A stretch of DNA of 64,000 nucleotides, from the NCBI GenBank assembly GCA_011176545.1, contig DUEN01000009.1:9510-73509 (forward strand), read 5' to 3'. Under the pieces are notes generated by a model. That model was not told the DNA's origin, ran no database searches, and saw only the letters and a list, made by a program, of their open reading frames with translations. This DNA is from Caldilineae bacterium. GTDB taxonomy: Bacteria > Chloroflexota > Anaerolineae > DUEN01. Position 1 is the stretch's first letter. Each line of letters opens with the position of its first letter. Position numbers and translations under genes: made by a program. This document shows, piece by piece, positions 18,744 through 26,512 of this stretch.

Positions 18744-20842
18744 AGGCTGCATCGCGGTCAGTGACAGCGTTGGCGGAGCAACTCCCCGGGCGGCTACGGT
18801 TTCATCCGATCAGCCAGCCGGGGTTCGGCGATCGGCATAACAGTTGGGCCTGGGCTATGTGCTGGTGGAAGGGACATCTCTATGTCGGCACGAATCGGGC
18901 CTTCCTCTGCGCCGAGCGGGCATCCATTCGCGCAGCGCTCCCCTGGCTCTCGCGCTTCCCTTTCGTGCGGTATCCGCCTGAGGACCCGGATGCAGAATGC
19001 GCTTCGGATTACACCGATCTGCCGTTGGAGGCGGAGATCTGGCGTTGGTCGCCCGATGACGGGCGTTGGGAGCGCGTGTTCCGGTCGCCTCGGGACGTCC
19101 CCATCCCGGGACATCCGGGTAAATACGTCGCCCGAGATATTGGGTTTCGGGACATGATCGCCTTCTCCGAACCGGATGGTATGGAGGCGCTATACGTCTC
19201 CGGCGTGAACAGCCGTTTCATTTACAGTAAGTACGGCAGGGTGCCGCCGCCGAGATTGTTGCGGACGACGGATGGCCTGCACTTCGAGGCGGTCCCCCAA
19301 GATCCCGGCACGTTCTTCGGCGATCTGGATCGCTCCACCCTACGCACCCTGGCGGTCTACAAGGGGCGACTGTTCGTGGTCGCCGGTGCTGTCCAGGGCG
19401 ATGGGGTCCTGTTGGAATCGGATCAGCCCGCCCTGGGTAATGATGCCTTCCGCCAGGTCAGCCCGGAAGGGATGCGGGTCTTCGAGATGGTCGTTTACAA
19501 CGGCTACCTGTATCTGGGTCTGCGCGATCCCCAACGCGGATATGCTGTGGTGAAGACGGACGCGGAGGGGACGCCCCCTTACACCTTTACGCCCGTGGTG
19601 ACCGATGGGGCTTATCTCCCCCGACCCAGCCTGAGCGTGATCAGCATGTATGTCTTCCGAGACAGATTATACGTGGGTACGGACCGGCCGGCGGAGCTGA
19701 TCCGTATCCATCCGGATGATAGCTGGGACCTGGTCATCGGTACGCCGCGGCAAACCCCGACGGGATGGAAGGAGCCGATCAGCGGCCTGGACGCCGGCTT
19801 CTACAACTGGCTCAATGGACATCTGTGGCGGATGGTCGAATACGAGGGGCGGCTTTACATTGGGACCATGAACATGAGCACCCACCTGCGCACCATCCCA
19901 GAGGCTGAGCGCGTGCTGGCGCCTAATTATGGGTTCGACTTGTTTGAAAGCGAGGATGGGGTCCACTTCACGCCGATCACCTTCAACGGCTTCGGGGACA
20001 TGTTCAACTTCGGGGCACGCACCTTCGCGGCCACGCCGCATGGGCTCTTCCTGGGCACCGCGAATAGCTGGTATGGGTTGCAGATCTGGCGAGGCGTATC
20101 CGCAGCTCGGCGATTTGAGGATGCATCCGAGGGGCATGGCGAGGAAGCCAGTGGGGATGAGACAGTGGGGTGGTTCCCAGCCCGGCTTCAGGCCGAACGC
20201 GTGGATAGGAAAGTCATCCTCTCCTGGGAGCCAGCAGCGCGCGCCCGCCGATATCGGATCTGGCGGGCGCGGGTATCGGACGAGCGACGCGCTGTCGAGC
20301 AGAATCCCTTCTTGCGGCGGCTGCTCAAGATCGCCCGCGCCGTATTGCCCACCTTACAGAACGTCTACCTGCCCCCACTGCCAGAGAAGTTGTGGATCCC
20401 GGGCGCGTATGAGGAGGTGGGGAGCACCGACCAGACCATCTTCGTCGATCCATCGGGCGGGGAAGGGGTCTTCCTCTACTACATCCAGGCGGAGGGCGCG
20501 GATGGAAAGGCATTGGGCTGTTCCAATCTGGTGGCCGTCCCCTCCCTGGCGCCCAGGGCCACCTTCGATCGGCTGATGAAGGCGTTCGATGAGCGAATGC
20601 ATGGGCAGGATCTCGAGGAAGACGCCCTCCGTGATGCGATCGAGCGGGCTCGCGCCGCCGCCCTGGCGGGGGACGTGTCGGAGGCGGATCGCATACTGGG
20701 GGAGATCATGCAGGGGTTGACGGAGGGACGTTTCGGGGTGGGCGATCCTATCGCCCTGGAGGATATCGCGTTGCTGGTCTCGCGTTTGCGACGTCGATTG
20801 AGCCTGATTGAGAGTGGATGGATCTCCCTGGAGGCGCTGTGA
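18740..20842 (+). CDS. Repeat (probably beta-propeller) protein, paralogue 1; no obvious signal peptide; Fn3-like plus helical C-terminal module
   Basis: ATGA overlap at 18740-18743. GFGDRHNSWAWAMCWWKGHLYVGTN, then recurring G-x-L-[YF]-[VIL]-G motifs: GRLFVVAG, GYLYLGLRD, DRLYVGTD, GRLYIGTMN, HGLFLGTAN. Confidence 0.6.
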   Translation: MKAASRSVTALAEQLPGRLRFHPISQPGFGDRHNSWAWAMCWWKGHLYVGTNRAFLCAERASIRAALPWLSRFPFVRYPPEDPDAECASDYTDLPLEAEIWRWSPDDGRWERVFRSPRDVPIPGHPGKYVARDIGFRDMIAFSEPDGMEALYVSGVNSRFIYSKYGRVPPPRLLRTTDGLHFEAVPQDPGTFFGDLDRSTLRTLAVYKGRLFVVAGAVQGDGVLLESDQPALGNDAFRQVSPEGMRVFEMVVYNGYLYLGLRDPQRGYAVVKTDAEGTPPYTFTPVVTDGAYLPRPSLSVISMYVFRDRLYVGTDRPAELIRIHPDDSWDLVIGTPRQTPTGWKEPISGLDAGFYNWLNGHLWRMVEYEGRLYIGTMNMSTHLRTIPEAERVLAPNYGFDLFESEDGVHFTPITFNGFGDMFNFGARTFAATPHGLFLGTANSWYGLQIWRGVSAARRFEDASEGHGEEASGDETVGWFPARLQAERVDRKVILSWEPAARARRYRIWRARVSDERRAVEQNPFLRRLLKIARAVLPTLQNVYLPPLPEKLWIPGAYEEVGSTDQTIFVDPSGGEGVFLYYIQAEGADGKALGCSNLVAVPSLAPRATFDRLMKAFDERMHGQDLEEDALRDAIERARAAALAGDVSEADRILGEIMQGLTEGRFGVGDPIALEDIALLVSRLRRRLSLIESGWISLEAL

Positions 20843-20849
20843 GGGCATC

Positions 20850-22133
20850 ATGGCTCGCTTCCTGATCACCGTGTGGCCCCTATCCGGCCATGTGTACCCT
20901 AACCTGGCCCTGGCGACCGCCTTGCGTGATCGCGGGCATACCGTCGCCTTCTATACCGGGGCCCGGGCCCGCGCCGCGATCGAGCGAGAGGGGTTCACCT
21001 ATCTGCCCTTTAAGGCGCTGGATGGGGAGATCCTCGAGGAGATCATGGCTCCTGGCTATCTCAGCGCTCCGACCCCCTGGCATCGGGTTCGCCGGCAGAA
21101 GGCCATCTATCGTGAATGGCTGGTAGGCACGCTCCCGGGCCAGCTGGTCGATCTGGAGGAGATACTGCGAACGTGGCAGCCTGATGCGATCATCTGCGAC
21201 CCGACCATGTGGGGGCCGATCCTCGTGCTGCACGAGGCGTTTCAGGCGCCCGTGGCCGTCTTCTCCTACACGGTGGGATGTCTCTTGCCTGGGCGTGATG
21301 TGCCGCCACCCGGTCCCGGGTTACCGCCCCCGCGAAACGCGAGGGATCGTCTGCGCGCTGCCGCTTATGGAATCGCTCAGCACTTGGCTACCGCGGATAT
21401 CCGGCGGGCCGCCAACGAGATACGACGACGCTACGGGCTCCCCCCTTTGCGTGTCACGGTCACCGAGCACGCGGGGACGATGCCTTTGTACCTGGTGACG
21501 AGCGTCCCGGAGCTTGATTATAACCGGGATGACCTGCCGCCGAACGTGCACTATGTCGGCCCATGCCTATGGTCCAGGCCGGCCTCGGAGCCCCCAACCT
21601 GGATGGACGAACTTCCCTCAGATCAGCCCTGGGTACACGTCACCGAGGGGACGCTTCATAACCAGCGCCCTCTGCTCCTGTGGGCGGCCGCGCAGGGCCT
21701 GGCCGATCTGCCCGTACAGGTGATCATGGCGACGGGTACCCATCGCCGGCCGGAGGATCTAGGACTGGGGCCGCTGGCGCCCAATATCCACGTCAAAGCG
21801 TGGGTGTCCTATCCGCATCTGCTGCCACGGACCGCCGTGGTGGTGACCGCCGGAGGCGCAGGCACGGTGTTGGCGACGTTGCAGGCGGGCGTGCCGATGG
21901 TCGTCGTGCCTACGGAGTGGGATAAGCCGGAGAACGCTCAGCGAGTGGTGGAGAGCGGGGCCGGGTTACGGCTGAACCCCAAACGTTGCACGCCGACGCG
22001 GTTACGCTCCGCCGTCGAACGGATCCTGCGAGATCCGTCGTTTCGGGAGAACGCTCAGCGGTTAGCCCGGCGGTTCACCCAATATGGGGGGCCGCGACGA
22101 GCCGCGCAATTGTTGGAAGAGATGGTGATATGA
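20850..22133 (+). CDS. GT1-family (MGT/UDP-glycosyltransferase-like) glycosyltransferase
   Basis: MARFLITVWPLSGHVYPNLALATALRDRGHTVAFYTG. C-terminal VVTAGGAGTVLATLQAGVPMVVVP nucleotide-sugar motif. Confidence 0.8.
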   Translation: MARFLITVWPLSGHVYPNLALATALRDRGHTVAFYTGARARAAIEREGFTYLPFKALDGEILEEIMAPGYLSAPTPWHRVRRQKAIYREWLVGTLPGQLVDLEEILRTWQPDAIICDPTMWGPILVLHEAFQAPVAVFSYTVGCLLPGRDVPPPGPGLPPPRNARDRLRAAAYGIAQHLATADIRRAANEIRRRYGLPPLRVTVTEHAGTMPLYLVTSVPELDYNRDDLPPNVHYVGPCLWSRPASEPPTWMDELPSDQPWVHVTEGTLHNQRPLLLWAAAQGLADLPVQVIMATGTHRRPEDLGLGPLAPNIHVKAWVSYPHLLPRTAVVVTAGGAGTVLATLQAGVPMVVVPTEWDKPENAQRVVESGAGLRLNPKRCTPTRLRSAVERILRDPSFRENAQRLARRFTQYGGPRRAAQLLEEMVI

Positions 22134-24301
22134 AACGTGTATCCTGGATTGTTCAGGTAAGCCTCATCTTATGGCTACTGGTCGGAGGGCTTAGTCCCTA
22201 CGGGACAGCCTGGGCTGAAGAGCCTCCCGACCAGGAGGAGTTCGTCCTGGCCGCGCCCCAGGGCTTCGGGGATCGCCACAACAGCTGGGCGTGGTCCATG
22301 CAGTGGTGGAATGGCCATCTCTATGTGGGGACCAATCGGGCCTTCCGCTGCGCGGAGTTCGCCTCGTTGAACCATATCGCCCCCAGCCTCTTTCCGTACC
22401 CGCCGGAGGACCCGGATATCGAGTGCACTCCCGATCCGACGGATCTGCCGTTGCAGGCTGAGATTTGGCGTTGGACTCCCGAGACGGATAGCTGGGAGAG
22501 GGTCTACCAGGCGCCCGCGGATGTGCAACTGCCCAACGGGAAGTGGGTAGCGCGGGATATCGGCTATCGGGGCATGACGGTCTTCCGCGAGCCGGATGGC
22601 ACCGAGGCGCTCTATGTGACCGGCGTCAGCCCTCAGTTCCTCGGCTTTGAAGGAGTGGAGGATCTGCCCGCCCGTATACTGCGATCGACCGATGGCGTGC
22701 ATTTCGAGCCGATCCCGCAGGATCCGGGGACGGCATTGGGGAATTTCCCCTTCGCCGCGTTCCGTAACCCCACCGGTTACAAGGGGAAGTTCTACGTCGT
22801 GGGAGGGATGGTACAGGGCAGCGGCGTGTTGCTGGAATCCGAGACTCCCGCCGAGGGCAATGATAGCTTCCGGGTCGTGAGCCCCTCCGATATGATCGTC
22901 TCCGCCGTGGCCGTCTACAACGGCTATCTGTACCTCGGGCTGCGTGATCTCCTCAGGGGCTACGCGGTCGCCAAGACGGACGCCTCCGGCGAGCCCCCGT
23001 ACACCTTCACCATCATTGTCGATCAGGGCGGTAACCTGGACCTCTGGCGGAATCCCGAGGTGCTGAGCATGCAGGTCTTCGACGGCCGCCTGTACGTTGG
23101 GGGGAACGGGCTCATCATCGGCCCGCTGGGCATCATGGGGCCAGCGGAGCTGATCCGTATCAACCCCGATGACTCATGGGATCTCATCGTCGGCTATCCG
23201 AGGCGCACGCCCGATGGATGGAAGTTCCCATTGAGCGGGCTGACCGCGGGCTTCGGGAACTTCCTCAACGGGCATATGTGGCGCATGGAAGTCTACGAAG
23301 GAGAGCTTTACGTGGGCACCTTCGACAGCAGTACGACCTTCAAGGATGACCCGGATGTGGCGCCCCTCGTTCAGTCGCTGATGGGCTTTGACCTTTACCG
23401 CACCGCCAACGGCGTCGATTTCATGCCCGTGAGCACGACCGGCTTCGGGGACCCGTTCAACTTCGGCGTCCGGACGATGGCGGCGACCCCGCATGGCCTG
23501 TTCATCGGCACGGCTAATCCCTACTATGGGCTGCAGATCTGGCTCAAGAGGCGTTACGGGATGTTCCTCCCCCTGCTGGTGACGTCCCCTGCCCCTTCGT
23601 TACGCTCCTACGCCCCACCTCAGGAGGAAACGGCTTGCAAGGTAGCATCAGGCGATCGAAGGGGAGCCAGCCTGTATGGTGAGCCCATTGGCGGGGCGGT
23701 CGTCCTCTCATGGCGTCCCTTGCGCGGTGCGGCGGCCTATCGCATCTGGCGATCCCAGGCTGGCCTAGCGACCTTTGCCCCGGAAGGCCCACGTGTCCAG
23801 GATGAGGATATGCTTACACTGGAAGTCCTCAAGGGGCAGCGGCCGTCTTTCACGGATATCGGGCAGACGTCAGGTTGCTATTATGTGGATCAGGGGGTAC
23901 ACTTATCTCAGAGATCGTACCTCTACCTGGTCGAAGGCATCGATGCCATGGGGCGGTCGGTCGGGTGGTCTCACTTGACGGCTGTCCCTGGCGCTGCTCC
24001 CTCAGTGACCTTTTCCTCGCTGATCATGAAAGCCACCGAGGCGCACGCCAAGGGATATCTATCCTCAGCGGGATTCGAAGAGCTCAGGCAGAGGCTAGAG
24101 GAGATCCGATGGCTGCTAAGGAATGCCCACGACGCAGCCGCTCGACAGCGACTAGCAGCCCTTCGGGAACGCCTCTCACAGCCTGGGGGGATCTTCCCGG
24201 CCTCATGGATGTCTGAGGATTTCCTCTATCTTGTGGACAAGTTAGAGAGGCGGGTGGATTTGATGGAGAAGGGGTTTATAGAGCCGATGGATCTGGAGTG
24301 A
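22130..24301 (+). CDS. Repeat (probably beta-propeller) protein, paralogue 2; signal peptide; Fn3-like plus helical C-terminal module
   Basis: ATGA overlap at 22130-22133. MKRVSWIVQVSLILWLLVGG signal, GFGDRHNSWAWSMQWWNGHLYVGTN, same repeat series as paralogue 1. Confidence 0.6.
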   Translation: MKRVSWIVQVSLILWLLVGGLSPYGTAWAEEPPDQEEFVLAAPQGFGDRHNSWAWSMQWWNGHLYVGTNRAFRCAEFASLNHIAPSLFPYPPEDPDIECTPDPTDLPLQAEIWRWTPETDSWERVYQAPADVQLPNGKWVARDIGYRGMTVFREPDGTEALYVTGVSPQFLGFEGVEDLPARILRSTDGVHFEPIPQDPGTALGNFPFAAFRNPTGYKGKFYVVGGMVQGSGVLLESETPAEGNDSFRVVSPSDMIVSAVAVYNGYLYLGLRDLLRGYAVAKTDASGEPPYTFTIIVDQGGNLDLWRNPEVLSMQVFDGRLYVGGNGLIIGPLGIMGPAELIRINPDDSWDLIVGYPRRTPDGWKFPLSGLTAGFGNFLNGHMWRMEVYEGELYVGTFDSSTTFKDDPDVAPLVQSLMGFDLYRTANGVDFMPVSTTGFGDPFNFGVRTMAATPHGLFIGTANPYYGLQIWLKRRYGMFLPLLVTSPAPSLRSYAPPQEETACKVASGDRRGASLYGEPIGGAVVLSWRPLRGAAAYRIWRSQAGLATFAPEGPRVQDEDMLTLEVLKGQRPSFTDIGQTSGCYYVDQGVHLSQRSYLYLVEGIDAMGRSVGWSHLTAVPGAAPSVTFSSLIMKATEAHAKGYLSSAGFEELRQRLEEIRWLLRNAHDAAARQRLAALRERLSQPGGIFPASWMSEDFLYLVDKLERRVDLMEKGFIEPMDLE

Positions 24302-24381
24302 CGGCTTTCGTTCCAAGACGCTTGGCTTTATGAGCAGGGTCGTTTTCTTTCGCCGCTCCCGTCTAGTGCAGAAGGAGGTTC

Positions 24382-26388
24382 ATGATGGAGAGCCGTGGTA
24401 TACACATAGGGGCACGTTATCGTAGGCTGGCTCCGATTGCTTTGGTCCTGATGATCGGCCTGCTGACTGCTTTGGCGGTACCCGGGCAGGCCTCGAGCCC
24501 GCAGGCGACGCCGATCCCGCTCACACAGGATGAGTTCTCCTCTATCGCGCCCCAGGGGTTCGGAGATCGTCACAATAGCTGGGCATGGTCGATGCAGTGG
24601 TGGAACGGTTACCTGTACGTAGGCACCAACCGGGCGTGGCATTGCGCCGAGGTCGCTGCCCTGACGAACATCTTCCCTGGGCTGGTGACATATCCACCGG
24701 ACGATCCGGACGTGGAATGTACCCCGGATCCTGAAGATCTCCCCTTACAGGCGGAGATCTGGCGCTGGTCGCCGGCGACTGGATGGGAGCGAGTGTATCA
24801 GGCGCCCGCGGATGTTCCGCTACAAAGCGGCAAGATGGTGGCCAGAGACGTCGGCTACCGGGGTATGACGGTCTTCCGCGAGCCGGATGGCACCGAGGCG
24901 CTTTACGTCACCGCCGTCAGCCCTCAGTTCATCTTCGAGGAGCTGACCGATGTGCCAGCCCGCATCCTGCGGTCAACCGATGGAGTGCACTTCGAGCCGA
25001 TCCCACAAGATCCGGGCACAGCTCTGGGGAACTTCCCCTTCAGCGTCTTCCGCAATCCTACCAGCTACAACGGACGGTTTTACGTCACGGGAGGCACGGT
25101 CCAGGGAAGTGGCGTGTTGCTGGAATCCGACGATCCGGCCGCGGGCAACGATAGCTTCCGCATCGTCTCGCCTCCAGGCATGATCGTCTCCGCGCTGAAG
25201 CCCTACAATGGGTACCTCTACGTGGGCGTGCGGGGGCTCTGGCGTGGCTACTCCATCGTTAAGACGGACGCCAGCGGAGATCCTCCCTATACCTTCACGC
25301 TGGTGGTGGAGAAGGGCGGATATCTCCGGCATGGTCGGAACCCCGAGGTGCTGAGCATGGAGATCTTCGACGGCTACCTGTACGTGGGTGGCAACGGTAT
25401 CTCCGTCGGCTCGATCGGCCCCGGCGCCGCTGCCGAGCTGATCCGCATCCATCCTGATGATTCCTGGGATCTCATCGTCGGCTATCCACGACTGACCCCT
25501 GATGGGTACAAATATCCGCTCAGCGGCCTGGAGGCTGGCTTCGGGAACCCGTTTAACGCCCATATGTGGCGAATGGCGGTGTATGATGGCGTGCTGTACG
25601 TGGGGACCTTTGACACCAGCACCACGCTCCGCAACGATCCTCAGCTCGGCGGATACGCGCAGCGATTCGCGGGGTTTGACCTGTATGCTTCTACGGACGG
25701 CATGCACTTCACGCCGGTGACCATGGACGGGTTTGGGGATGAGTTTAACTTCGGCGTACGAACCATGGCCTCCACGTCTGAGGGGCTATTCATAGGTACG
25801 GCTAATTACTACTATGGCCTGCAAATCTGGCGCGGCCAGAGCGGAGCTCCCCCAGCGTCAACCGAGACTCCAACCCCGACGCAGACCCCTGTCGCGGGAG
25901 AGGTCGCTGGGTGGGTCTTCCTTGACCTGAATGGGGATGGCCGTCGCGATCCGTATGCCGGGGAGACGACCGGTATCCCTGGTGTGACCCTGATCCTCCG
26001 TGATGCGGAGGGGAACGCCTTCACCACGCGAAGCACAAATCCCTCCGGGTGGTACGCATTCTCCAACGTGCCGCCCGGCATGTATACCGTGGAGGAGCAA
26101 CAGCCGCCTGGATACGTCAGCACCAGCCCGGATGTCGTCGCCATCGAGGTGCTTGCCGGAGGACAGCATATCGTGAACTTCGGCGAGATGCTCACCACCT
26201 CCACACCGACGGCGACGCCGCGCGATACGCCTACCGCGACGCCAACGCTGACACCAACGGCGACGCCAAGCAACACGCCCACCGCGACGCCGTCACCGAC
26301 GCCGACGGATACGCCCACACTTACCCCCACTGCCGGGCCCGTGGGAGAGGTCGGCTATGTGGTATACCTGCCGCTGCTGGCGAAGTGA
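24382..26388 (+). CDS. Repeat (probably beta-propeller) protein, paralogue 3; signal peptide; C-terminal SdrD-B/Cna-B-like domain, Thr/Pro-rich tail, terminal YLPLLAK
   Basis: GAAGGAGG RBS before ATG 24382. GFGDRHNSWAWSMQWWNGYLYVGTN. GWVFLDLNGDGRRDP...GWYAFSNVPPGMYTVEE. TPTATP repeats. Confidence 0.65.
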   Translation: MMESRGIHIGARYRRLAPIALVLMIGLLTALAVPGQASSPQATPIPLTQDEFSSIAPQGFGDRHNSWAWSMQWWNGYLYVGTNRAWHCAEVAALTNIFPGLVTYPPDDPDVECTPDPEDLPLQAEIWRWSPATGWERVYQAPADVPLQSGKMVARDVGYRGMTVFREPDGTEALYVTAVSPQFIFEELTDVPARILRSTDGVHFEPIPQDPGTALGNFPFSVFRNPTSYNGRFYVTGGTVQGSGVLLESDDPAAGNDSFRIVSPPGMIVSALKPYNGYLYVGVRGLWRGYSIVKTDASGDPPYTFTLVVEKGGYLRHGRNPEVLSMEIFDGYLYVGGNGISVGSIGPGAAAELIRIHPDDSWDLIVGYPRLTPDGYKYPLSGLEAGFGNPFNAHMWRMAVYDGVLYVGTFDTSTTLRNDPQLGGYAQRFAGFDLYASTDGMHFTPVTMDGFGDEFNFGVRTMASTSEGLFIGTANYYYGLQIWRGQSGAPPASTETPTPTQTPVAGEVAGWVFLDLNGDGRRDPYAGETTGIPGVTLILRDAEGNAFTTRSTNPSGWYAFSNVPPGMYTVEEQQPPGYVSTSPDVVAIEVLAGGQHIVNFGEMLTTSTPTATPRDTPTATPTLTPTATPSNTPTATPSPTPTDTPTLTPTAGPVGEVGYVVYLPLLAK

Positions 26389-26441
26389 TGGCATGCGTGG
26401 TCCTGCATCGCCCGGTGTCCTCATATACCAGAGGCGCCTCA

Positions 26442-26487
26442 GGGCAAGGTGCCGCCCGGGGATCAGGCAGCACCTTGCCCTTGTTTT
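26442..26487 (+). terminator. Intrinsic terminator ending the PKS/propeller operon
   Basis: 11-bp perfect stem GGGCAAGGTGC / GCACCTTGCCC (26442-26452 and 26470-26480) followed by TTGTTTT. Confidence 0.7.
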
Positions 26488-26512
26488 CCAACATCGTTAA
26501 CGAGGAATGCGT

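Noticed and set aside
26196-26340. Short tandem DNA repeats (ACGCC/GACGCC-type) that could be mistaken for a repeat array or CRISPR.
   Set aside because: They are in frame within ORF 24382-26388 and encode a Thr/Pro-rich linker (TPTATP). There is no repeat-spacer organisation and there are no cas genes.
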